Below, piece by piece: positions 37,718 to 45,145 of a stretch of 45,145 bases of DNA. The first letter of the stretch is position 1. The number at the start of each line of letters is the position of its first letter. The stretch spans positions 1-45,145 of the IMG/VR virus record IMGVR_UViG_3300025018_000223. The stretch is one strand, 5' to 3'. A model generated the notes under the pieces. The model ran no database searches, was not told where the DNA came from, and was given only the letters and a program-made list of their open reading frames with translations. The stretch is from a virus. Its lineage: Duplodnaviria; Caudoviricetes. The translations under genes were made by a program, and so were the position numbers.

Positions 37718-38409
37718 GCCTTCCGCCTCCGCCTCATCTCGGCCCGAAGCCGAAGCCTCTCTTCTCCTGTGATCCGAGGATCAATGAGAGGGTTGGGTAG
37801 GAACGGTCGCTGTATCTCTGGGACACCCTTCTGGAATCCGTAGGCCATCTCCGGTTGAACCTGCTTGGGCCACACCCCCCCCGCTTCCTTAGCCACCCAG
37901 TCTACCCCGCCCACTCCACCTTTCGTGCGGGACTTGAGAAGCACCGGCATCAGAGGGACACCTCTCTCCGCTAGCACTGTTGCTCTATGGCGACCCTCGT
38001 GGTCAAGTACCAACGCCAAGCCCTGCTCATCGTGAGTTACCCTAAGATAGGGTATGCCGTTGAGTTTCTTACCCGAGTCAAGCACCGCCCGGATGTTCGA
38101 CAGTTTCTTTTGGCTGGTTGAGTCAATGATCTGCGAAATCCCCGCGACCTTGTATTCCTTCTGGAGAGGAAAGGCTAGTTTGAGGAAGTCTTTGGGAGAC
38201 ATCCAGATGAGTTTCTCGTCAGAGTACGCTAGTCTTCGACTCGCTCGCCGGAGGGCTTCGTCGCTCCAATAGGAGCGTGGAGTCACAGCGGATTCACCCA
38301 TGAGTTTCGATCTAACAACGGTGCGGGCCGCTCCAAAGATACCCCGACCCGTCGCTGGTGTAATTACCTTCTTGACCGCCTTACCGAGGATACGGGGAAG
38401 TGGGGGCAT
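37711..38409 (-). CDS. ParB/Srx-like N-terminal domain protein
   Basis: IPYLRV....LVLDHEGRHRA..LAERG...MPV resembles the ParB GxxR motif. Confidence 0.7.
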   Translation of the reverse strand: MPPLPRILGKAVKKVITPATGRGIFGAARTVVRSKLMGESAVTPRSYWSDEALRRASRRLAYSDEKLIWMSPKDFLKLAFPLQKEYKVAGISQIIDSTSQKKLSNIRAVLDSGKKLNGIPYLRVTHDEQGLALVLDHEGRHRATVLAERGVPLMPVLLKSRTKGGVGGVDWVAKEAGGVWPKQVQPEMAYGFQKGVPEIQRPFLPNPLIDPRITGEERLRLRAEMRRRRKAQ

Positions 38410-38412
38410 AGG

Positions 38413-38790
38413 TTACCTCTGGCAGGGGGGATAGTCTTGGGCGATTTCGGGCCACTGTTCCCAAAGCACCTCGCAACCATGTGCGGCTTGCGGGTGGTAG
38501 GGGGAGCCATCCGGCCACGCAGCATAGGCAATCGCCGCCACGTTCTGCCCGATGATGATCCGCATGAGGGACTCGTTGTGGTCGGGGTTATCTCTGTCGA
38601 TGAGGTGGCCCAGCGACCGGCTGTCTTCGACGATCCGATCCACCAACTGATACTTAGTGAGGGGACCGGTGGACGGGTCGGGGGGATCGACAGCGAGGAC
38701 ACAAGGAACTATGACGAGAAGGAGAATCAGCCCGAGGCTGGCAACACCAAGAGCGGTGGCTTCTTTCCACGGGGGGGATTTCGACATCAT
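38413..38790 (-). CDS. Exported or membrane-anchored small protein
   Basis: AGGAG RBS; hydrophobic signal-like N-terminus; CTATAAT box upstream. Confidence 0.65.
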   Translation of the reverse strand: MMSKSPPWKEATALGVASLGLILLLVIVPCVLAVDPPDPSTGPLTKYQLVDRIVEDSRSLGHLIDRDNPDHNESLMRIIIGQNVAAIAYAAWPDGSPYHPQAAHGCEVLWEQWPEIAQDYPPCQR

Positions 38791-38813
38791 GGGGGTAGTT
38801 CTCCTATGGGGAA

Positions 38814-40004
38814 TTATAGGGGGGGTGCCCCGTTGAAGAAACCGATGGTGTTGAGAAATTGGGCGGTCTCGGGGTCGAACTGGACGTAGCCCTCCCCAAG
38901 GGGGTGGATCAGGTGGATGTGCTGCCACTGTTCAAGGATGGTCTCCACCCGATTCCTATCGGCTACTCCGCTTATGTGGTGAAGATTGGTCTGGGTGGCG
39001 CTGTGGTGGGGACTGTTCCAGAGGAGGTTCACCATGCGGCCCGTAGGCCCGTCCAGTGCGTCCCACGCGAGCCGCTGGGCAAACCGGATATCCGAGGGGT
39101 CCGGCTCACTGCGGAGGTCAAGATAGGCCCTCAGGGTGGCCGCAGTGCCCACAGTATTGACGAGGCGGTTGGCGGTGGGCACGTCCTGAAGAGTACCCTT
39201 GACGGCTCTCGAACGGAAGGCCATGACGGCATTGGCTAACCCGGATAGAGTCATCTGGAGGTCAGGGGACGGGTCGGGTAAACTCCCTATTTTGGGGAGA
39301 TGGGCCCACGCCCTCTCTACTTCTCGGGTGACGGTGAGGAGCAACTCCGACTCCCAGATGTGCTGGCCCCGCCCAAACTGGGCCACTCGGGTAGTCTCTT
39401 CGGATCGGCCTCGTAGGGTATGTGCCCTAGTTCTGCCAATGCGTATGGTGAAGAAGCGTTCGCCCATCTGGGTGAGGGACTCGGTGCGAACATCTAGTTC
39501 CTCAGTGCAGGCTAGCACCATCCCGAACTTGGCGTCGGCACTGATTTCGCCTACGGTGCCCGACGCCTTGACGAGCCGCCCGTCGAACACATCCCTCAAC
39601 TGGCCCAGCAGGTCTTCAACTTGGGACGTGCCCTTGTTCAGTTGGGTGGTGAAGTCCTCGAAGACCACCACCCTCCCATTCCACTTCTTGATAACGCTTG
39701 GGTCTTCCTCTTCTGTTCGTTCAGCCCCTTTCTCTCCCGGATCATAGGCGCTCAGGAGAGCATTGGCGGTAACCATACTTATTTTATGGTAGACGGGCAG
39801 CCCGGAAAATGCGTGGAGCATTACGTTCTTGCCCGTACCACTCGGTCCAATCAAGTAGAGCCACAACCTCTTGGGCAGGGCCTTGTAGGTAGCCGCGAGG
39901 AATACACAGGCGATGGCGTCGATGGCCCAGAGGTCGTCCGGGCGGAACGCTGTCAAGCGGGTATACGCATCCCTAATCGCTTGGAGGGGGGTCGGTTCGC
40001 TCAT
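38814..40004 (-). CDS. AAA+ ATPase, replicative helicase-like (MCM-related), possible C-terminal winged helix
   Basis: Walker A GPSGTGKN, Walker B VVVFEDF, LRDVFDG, arginine finger ERF; AAGGAG RBS. Confidence 0.75.
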   Translation of the reverse strand: MSEPTPLQAIRDAYTRLTAFRPDDLWAIDAIACVFLAATYKALPKRLWLYLIGPSGTGKNVMLHAFSGLPVYHKISMVTANALLSAYDPGEKGAERTEEEDPSVIKKWNGRVVVFEDFTTQLNKGTSQVEDLLGQLRDVFDGRLVKASGTVGEISADAKFGMVLACTEELDVRTESLTQMGERFFTIRIGRTRAHTLRGRSEETTRVAQFGRGQHIWESELLLTVTREVERAWAHLPKIGSLPDPSPDLQMTLSGLANAVMAFRSRAVKGTLQDVPTANRLVNTVGTAATLRAYLDLRSEPDPSDIRFAQRLAWDALDGPTGRMVNLLWNSPHHSATQTNLHHISGVADRNRVETILEQWQHIHLIHPLGEGYVQFDPETAQFLNTIGFFNGAPPL

Positions 40005-40590
40005 CCTGCAACTCCTTGACTCGGGGCATGAAGGAGGCGAACGCACCGAAATGCTCCGTGTCCCCGAACTTTACTAGACCACTATACGCCACGGTGCGCC
40101 CTGTTCTTATGAAAGGAAGATTGAAGTCGGGTGGGGTGTATCGGTCAAGTGCGTCGTAGAATTGTTTGGTGAGGTTGACATAGGTTGAGGGCCATCCCTT
40201 TACGCGGGTCGTCTTACCTTTGAGGGGGATCACGGCGCTGGTCGCGGGGTTTATGAAATAGACATCGGTGAGAGCGAGATAACCTGTGAATAGAGACATC
40301 AGCCCAGCCCACAAAATTAGAGTGGACCTGTTTACGAGATCAAGCGATCTCCGCATATCAAGGATGCACAGATGGGCGTGGGCGTAATAGGTGGCGTGGG
40401 GGTGTTCAGGCGGGAGTGTAGCGATCCCGTGATAGGTGGTGGGCCGATCACAATACACCTGAGAATCGAAGTCCGGGAAGTGTTTGAGTTTTGGTAGACG
40501 CAACTGCCCAAGACAGTAATTGTAATTGAAGTTGTATGACGCCTCGCTTCCAAGAAAGGGGGCGACGAATGTGGGTTCTGTGGAGCCCAT
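39973..40590 (-). CDS. Hypothetical protein
   Basis: GGGAGG RBS. Confidence 0.7.
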   Translation of the reverse strand: MGSTEPTFVAPFLGSEASYNFNYNYCLGQLRLPKLKHFPDFDSQVYCDRPTTYHGIATLPPEHPHATYYAHAHLCILDMRRSLDLVNRSTLILWAGLMSLFTGYLALTDVYFINPATSAVIPLKGKTTRVKGWPSTYVNLTKQFYDALDRYTPPDFNLPFIRTGRTVAYSGLVKFGDTEHFGAFASFMPRVKELQDERTDPPPSD

Positions 40591-40604
40591 AAGAACCTCC
40601 CTAA

Positions 40605-40640
40605 ACCTGATGGGGGGAGAACATCTCCCCCCTCTCAGGT
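40605..40640 (-). terminator. Intergenic hairpin (terminator or attenuator-like)
   Basis: ACCTGA-T-GGGGGGAGA-ACA-TCTCCCCCC-TC-TCAGGT, abutting the RBS of 39973-40590. Confidence 0.55.
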
Positions 40641-40647
40641 GAGCGTG

Positions 40648-41034
40648 TTAGTGATCTTTCCGCATGGGCCGGCGTGGCGCTGAGGCGGGGCCGCGCCTCT
40701 TCATATGGGTCTTGAACTTAGTGGCGGCGTGGAGTGGTTTCGTTGTGGGGGTGTGTCTCCAAACCTTGAGCACCCCATACTTACTATTCTGACCGGGTAG
40801 GGTCGCCCGTGTTCGGAAGTGGCTGGGGCCCCACGCCCGCTCGATCTGCTGGATTGCAAGTTGCATCAGAACACGAAATACCGAGAGACGGTGTTCCTTA
40901 TTCGTGTTGGGGCTAATGCGCTCGTAATCTTCCGACGTAAACTCCAACGCGACACACTCCCCGGGTTTCACGCTGGCCCACGGATACATTGGGACAATGA
41001 TGCGCGGGGTTACCGCTGATTTGCGCTTAGCCAT
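40648..41034 (-). CDS. Basic hypothetical protein, possibly DNA-binding
   Basis: YPWASVKPGEC motif, K/R-rich; start overlaps the GroES stop. Confidence 0.6.
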   Translation of the reverse strand: MAKRKSAVTPRIIVPMYPWASVKPGECVALEFTSEDYERISPNTNKEHRLSVFRVLMQLAIQQIERAWGPSHFRTRATLPGQNSKYGVLKVWRHTPTTKPLHAATKFKTHMKRRGPASAPRRPMRKDH

Positions 41035-41467
41035 GGGGTGGAAGGATGCAGAGCACATCCGCCTCCTTTAGAAGTTTGTAGGTCTGGGCCTCGAACGACA
41101 CGTCCTGCCCACTGTAAACGTTGAACACCACGCGGTCCCCGACCCGTAGTAGGGGTCGCTCCTTCAGGTCTTGGCCAGAGGCGGCGACAACCCCCGTATT
41201 CATGGGCTTCGTGGCGTCCGACGGGATGAAAATACCCTGCCGGCTTCGAGTCAGGGGTTTGTCCACAACGATCAGGATTCGGTCCCCCCGAGGGATGGGT
41301 TTATCCGTGGGGTAGGGTGTCTCGGACATAGCGGATTTCTCCATTTCAAGATGTAGGCTGGCAAGACTCGCTCCGGCTCCAAAGAAGGCAGCCTTCCACT
41401 CTTCGAGGAAGGCTTGGTCGATGGGGTCCACAGGGTCTGTTTGCGTAGTTTCAGCGATGGCTGGCAT
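41027..41467 (-). CDS. groES: Co-chaperonin GroES (core from ATG 41329; upstream ATG 41467 adds 46 aa)
   Basis: PRGDRILI, GIFIP, GVVAASG, VGDRVVF..YSG, LLKEADVLC. Confidence 0.88.
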   Translation of the reverse strand: MPAIAETTQTDPVDPIDQAFLEEWKAAFFGAGASLASLHLEMEKSAMSETPYPTDKPIPRGDRILIVVDKPLTRSRQGIFIPSDATKPMNTGVVAASGQDLKERPLLRVGDRVVFNVYSGQDVSFEAQTYKLLKEADVLCILPPHG

Positions 41468-41573
41468 CCGGACTCCTTTAGCGTGGGGGGTGTGCCTCAG
41501 TCGGGCAGGGACCCCCCACGACGGGTCGGGGTCATTGGATGGTGAAGAACGATTCTTCACCTAGGATGATAGG

Positions 41574-42089
41574 CTAGTGACTCGCGTCGGGCAACCGCTT
41601 GAGGATGTCCTTGTTGACATACTCAGTGCCCTTGTTGGTGTTTCGGCGGACCCGGACGCTGTATTGCCCGGTGTTGACGAGCGCCTCCGCTCGACGGAAC
41701 ATGTCTGAGGTGGTTGTCCATTCCGTGACGCGGCATCCGAGAAGTCCACAGATGAGGGTCTTGGTCCGGTCGAGGTCTTGGGTCTTGCGACTGCTGGACC
41801 CCTCACGATTCGTGAAGTAGCCGAGGCTGAAGGTTGCACCGTTGGCCGTGGCGTGGTCGTAGATGCGGACGATGGGCGTGATAACCACACACGGGTCGGG
41901 TTCCTCCGCTCCACCTTTGCCCGTCCGATAATTACCGTAAGTACCCAACCCCACGTTGAAGCCGGTGAGGATGACACTGTAGGTATCGTCTGGCGGATCG
42001 GTGAGGCCGGACCCCGCAGACTCCGCAAAGGCGTCCTCTTGTGCCGTGAGCAGGCTGAGGGCGCGTTCCATCGTGTTCTGGTCTGACAT
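41574..42089 (-). CDS. Single-stranded DNA-binding-like protein
   Basis: PPDDTYSVILT pattern, beta-rich, next to a recombination ATPase; AAAGGA RBS. Confidence 0.5.
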   Translation of the reverse strand: MSDQNTMERALSLLTAQEDAFAESAGSGLTDPPDDTYSVILTGFNVGLGTYGNYRTGKGGAEEPDPCVVITPIVRIYDHATANGATFSLGYFTNREGSSSRKTQDLDRTKTLICGLLGCRVTEWTTTSDMFRRAEALVNTGQYSVRVRRNTNKGTEYVNKDILKRLPDASH

Positions 42090-42133
42090 ATCAAGTTCCT
42101 TTCAGGAAGTGGTTTACCCCTACAAGGGGTGGT

Positions 42134-43126
42134 TTAGGAAGGGGAGATAGAAGCGAGAGCAGTATTATAGGCTGCTCGAAGGAGATCGAAGTTGCCGGGG
42201 GCAGGAAGTCGGGGATTTTCCGGATGCGAGGGCAGAATGATCTCGTCGGGCAGGGGGATGCGCTGCTTGAGCGTTTGGTTCCCCCGGTCATTCTCCCAGA
42301 AGCGAGCGTAGTGGATAGTGCGGGGCACTCGATCCTTGATCTCACGGATGAGGGCCCCCGACCCGTCCTTGATCGGGTTCCCGTTGCCGTCCTTACGGGG
42401 CTCCCCATAGATGATCTCGGTTTCGATACGGGAACCAACCCCACAAACATAGTCCACGAGACCCTTGATCTTGTGCCAGAACTTGGGCGGGATACTGTGG
42501 TTCAGACGGTAGGTAACTTTGTCCTGACCCCTCGCGTCGGTGGAGGTAATGGCCTCCTCGTAGAAGTAGCAGAACATGATGAAGCCATACCCCGCCCGAA
42601 TGATACGTCCGATAATGGGTTCTGCGTGTTCATAGACTTTTTGCCACCCGTAGCCCCCCGGGATATCGTCGATGGTCAGGATGTTAGCAGCCTGTTCGGC
42701 ATTGAACTGGGCCCGTTTGTCCCGAGCGTTTTGGACCACGAAGGTCTTGACCGATTCAAGGAAGGTGTCCACGGTATCAAGACAAACGAAGGTGGGTCGG
42801 GGTTTACCATCACGAGCAAGTTGTTCGAGGGTTTCGACCACCTCAACAAGTTGCCGGTAGTCCGAGGGGCCCTTGCAAAACTGGATAGCACTAGCGACAC
42901 TATTGGGGTTGTTGTCCTTGGAGCCATCGAAGTCAAGCCGCAGAACGTCGGAAGAGGTGGAGACGAGGCTGGTCTTGCCACTTCCCTGCACCCCCGGGAT
43001 CAGGATAGCCAGTTGGTTGAACTGTTTGGGGTTGAACCCCGTGACGGGGTGGAACTTACTGAAGGATGTCAGGAAGTTTGGGGTTGTTACCCGACCCGTT
43101 ACGGTTGTTTGTGCGTTGGGGGGCAT
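42134..43126 (-). CDS. AAA_24/Sak4-like P-loop ATPase (recombination/annealing)
   Basis: GVQGSGKTS, LDFDG, CLDTVD, GYGW, VDYV; AAGGAG RBS. Confidence 0.8.
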   Translation of the reverse strand: MPPNAQTTVTGRVTTPNFLTSFSKFHPVTGFNPKQFNQLAILIPGVQGSGKTSLVSTSSDVLRLDFDGSKDNNPNSVASAIQFCKGPSDYRQLVEVVETLEQLARDGKPRPTFVCLDTVDTFLESVKTFVVQNARDKRAQFNAEQAANILTIDDIPGGYGWQKVYEHAEPIIGRIIRAGYGFIMFCYFYEEAITSTDARGQDKVTYRLNHSIPPKFWHKIKGLVDYVCGVGSRIETEIIYGEPRKDGNGNPIKDGSGALIREIKDRVPRTIHYARFWENDRGNQTLKQRIPLPDEIILPSHPENPRLPAPGNFDLLRAAYNTALASISPS

Positions 43127-44331
43127 CAGAGTATCTCCTTGAGGGTTTCGTAGTCGCGGAAGACCCCAGCAGTATACTGACCGCTGGCGAGTAAGTCAGG
43201 CCACTTCTTGGGACCGTAGGCGTAGAATGGGTGAAGGTCGTGAAGTGCGTTTCCAAAGTGGTTAGCACACGATACACGCGGGAAGTTGTCTGGGTAGGGC
43301 GCTCGGGTGGCAAGGGAGTACGCCTCCCTCAGTTGGATCAGGAACTCGTGGGAGTATGTGGGTTCATAGAAGCGGAGGAAGGAGCAGAGGTAGGGATACT
43401 CATTCTTAGCCCGACGACCGGCTTCGAGATTGGTATACTCCTCTGTAGAGGTTAGCCAGCAGCGATACCGATGGAGGAACTCTTCTCGGGTCTCGTGCTG
43501 CTTCTGGCGGATACCCGGCTTCTGGATGATGTTGTGCCGGAAGCCCACCAATGGGTAGGGTAACCGGAGTAACCCCGCGTTGGCCTCCACGATGAGGCGG
43601 TAGAGCCTGACAGGGAACTCAAACGAGCAACTGGAGGCACGGATACGGGGGTCGGCGCCGGTGGACTTATGATCCTCGATCCAACACTCCTTGCGTCGGT
43701 GGTCCACAAGTAGGGCATCCACCCTACACACACAGGGGTGCTTTCCCACCTCGGTGGGTAGGTCGGCGGCGAGCAACTTCTCAACAGCCAAGACCTCTAT
43801 CTCAGGATACGCCTCATTGATAAGGGGCATCAACTCAACTGTCAGATGGCCCATACTGATGGCGAGGCTGGACTCCTTCTCCAAGTCTACCATATACTCC
43901 TCAAGTTTGATGCCCCCCGGGAGGACACCTGACTCAGTGGCTGCCTCCTCGGCCGCTCCGTAGAGGCGAGCAACCTCTGAGTCCACCGCTTTGTCTCCTG
44001 CTTGAAGTCTGGACGGGTCGGGGGCCTTCGATGGGGAGCGGTGAGCCGCCATCCACGTATGGTAGAGAGAACCAGTGTCGAGAGCCCCGATGGCCCGCAC
44101 CGTGTTGCGGACGATCCCTAGGCGGCAGCGCAGGTAGTAGTAAAAGGGGTCTTGGACGCCTTCCCGATAATCGGAGGCACGAATGGGGGGTTCAATGCTA
44201 TTGATTCCGTTGGCTTTGAGGAAGTCGAGTGCGTGGGGGCCCCTCTCATCCTCGGAGAGGGGATTGTCTAAGGGAGTGGCGTGGATTAGGGGTGCAAAAT
44301 GAGGCTTGGGTTCTTCAAGGATTTCCTTCAT
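43126..44331 (-). CDS. PD-(D/E)XK nuclease (RecB/Cas4-like phage exonuclease)
   Basis: ALDTGSLYH, AVEK, CRVDALL, IEDHKST; AGGAG RBS. Confidence 0.85.
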   Translation of the reverse strand: MKEILEEPKPHFAPLIHATPLDNPLSEDERGPHALDFLKANGINSIEPPIRASDYREGVQDPFYYYLRCRLGIVRNTVRAIGALDTGSLYHTWMAAHRSPSKAPDPSRLQAGDKAVDSEVARLYGAAEEAATESGVLPGGIKLEEYMVDLEKESSLAISMGHLTVELMPLINEAYPEIEVLAVEKLLAADLPTEVGKHPCVCRVDALLVDHRRKECWIEDHKSTGADPRIRASSCSFEFPVRLYRLIVEANAGLLRLPYPLVGFRHNIIQKPGIRQKQHETREEFLHRYRCWLTSTEEYTNLEAGRRAKNEYPYLCSFLRFYEPTYSHEFLIQLREAYSLATRAPYPDNFPRVSCANHFGNALHDLHPFYAYGPKKWPDLLASGQYTAGVFRDYETLKEIL

Positions 44332-44722
44332 CGAGTTTCTCCTGTAAGTTTTCGGGGAGGAATTGGCGGATAGCCTTACCGTGGTCAAGGGCGTACTTGG
44401 CTTCGGCGTTGACGCCCACGGATTCCTTCCAGCCGGGAAGCATGAGAATCCAGAGTTCGTCACAACGATTGATCCAATCTTCGTCTACCTCCTTCCAGTT
44501 TTCGTAAGTACCCCCCATGCCGTGGTGGAGCGCGAGTGGGTGGCTATGCACGATGGGACTAAAGACGTTGAACCGCCCTGACTGTAGGATGAGAGCGACG
44601 GCTCGGCAACACTCCGCGTAGCGGAATGCTCGCACGTCGTCCTCCTCATGGGAGTAGGGGGATGCCAGATAGATGAGACGCAAGGGGTGGCTCCTTGTGT
44701 AAGGGGTGAATCGAACTGTCAA
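44315..44722 (-). CDS. DUF1937 / nucleoside deoxyribosyltransferase-like protein
   Basis: IYLASPYSH, VFSPIVHSH, CDELWIL.LPGWKESVGVNAE; start codon uncertain. Confidence 0.8.
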   Translation of the reverse strand: MTVRFTPYTRSHPLRLIYLASPYSHEEDDVRAFRYAECCRAVALILQSGRFNVFSPIVHSHPLALHHGMGGTYENWKEVDEDWINRCDELWILMLPGWKESVGVNAEAKYALDHGKAIRQFLPENLQEKLDEGNP

Positions 44723-44735
44723 TACTTCGGTGAGA

Positions 44736-45145
44736 CTATAGGCGGAACAACCGTCCCCGCCTACGCTGACGACTATAATTCCCCAGTAAACTGCCGCCGC
44801 CTGCCACCGCGTCGATCTGGTCCGCGACATCGCTGGCGATCACCTGAGAGAATGCCAGCGTGGGGTGGATGCCGTCGATAGTGTTGGCGGTGACGTACGC
44901 CTCGGTATAGAGGTCGTAGAGGTTGACGAAGCACGCAACGCCACTGTTGCCGGTCGCCACGTCGAAGCAGGCGTCACGCTTGCCGCTGAGGTGGGTTCCG
45001 CCGGTGTTGTACGGCGCTACGAGGATGAACTTGACGGACGTGTATCCAGCGGCAAGTCCGTTGGTCGTATAGCGTGTGATGGCCGATTGCAGTTCGGTCT
45101 CGAAGTCGGCTTGGCTCATCGAGCCATCGTTCTGCCCATGCTCGA
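44736..45145 (-). CDS. SGNH/GDSL hydrolase-domain protein, 5' truncated by the window edge
   Basis: HGQND (block III, read upstream of the listed Met) and DGIHP (block V). Confidence 0.75.
   Translation of the reverse strand, partial: EHGQNDGSMSQADFETELQSAITRYTTNGLAAGYTSVKFILVAPYNTGGTHLSGKRDACFDVATGNSGVACFVNLYDLYTEAYVTANTIDGIHPTLAFSQVIASDVADQIDAVAGGGSLLGNYSRQRRRGRLFRL

Larger units (their letters stand above)
1470..44023. repeat. Dispersed 12-mer GACGGGTCGGGG, at least 24 exact copies
   Basis: Plus: 1971, 2335, 4885, 5144, 7585, 15153, 17610, 19665, 27121, 29730, 33583, 38672, 41520, 44012. Minus: 1470, 2901, 3744, 12204, 12885, 12960, 14471, 36010, 38342, 42356. Counted by eye. Confidence 0.95.

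Noticed and set aside
1470-44023. 12-mer copies as CRISPR repeats or transposon ends
   Set aside because: They are too short, irregularly spaced, on both strands and inside intact genes; no cas or transposase gene is visible
43126-44331. Cas4-like nuclease as part of a CRISPR system
   Set aside because: No array or other cas genes; it sits with a Sak4-like ATPase and SSB-like gene in an ordinary phage recombination module
1-45145. tRNA genes, integrase/att sites, DNA or RNA polymerase, alternative genetic code
   Set aside because: None recognised; genes read through normally in code 11; the window is cut mid-gene at both ends, so the missing functions may lie outside it

Overview
The window looks like most of a tailed dsDNA phage genome with podovirus-like organisation, cut inside genes at both ends. 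The left arm (1-13.6 kb, minus strand) has DNA and nucleotide metabolism genes (C5-methyltransferase-like, dATP/dGTP diphosphohydrolase, family-4 UDG, metallophosphoesterase) and possible lysis genes. It also has a complete ubiquitin-like conjugation cassette: Ubl, E2-like, JAB peptidase and ThiF/E1. A mostly non-coding control region (12.1-14.5 kb) holds a ~400-nt highly paired candidate ncRNA, a poly-G tract, iteron-like repeats and promoters. The middle (14.5-37.7 kb, plus strand) encodes terminase, portal, scaffold, capsid, tail and ejection-type proteins. The right arm (minus strand) encodes a ParB-like protein, an AAA+ helicase-like ATPase, GroES, an SSB-like protein, a Sak4-like ATPase, a PD-(D/E)XK nuclease, DUF1937 and a partial SGNH protein. 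A non-palindromic 12-mer, GACGGGTCGGGG, occurs in at least 24 exact copies plus about 14 near-copies across genes and intergenic DNA. The main candidates for new biology are the phage-borne ubiquitination cassette (its Ubl lacks a C-terminal Gly), the genome-wide 12-mer and the structured RNA. All family assignments come from reading motifs by eye; no database search was run.
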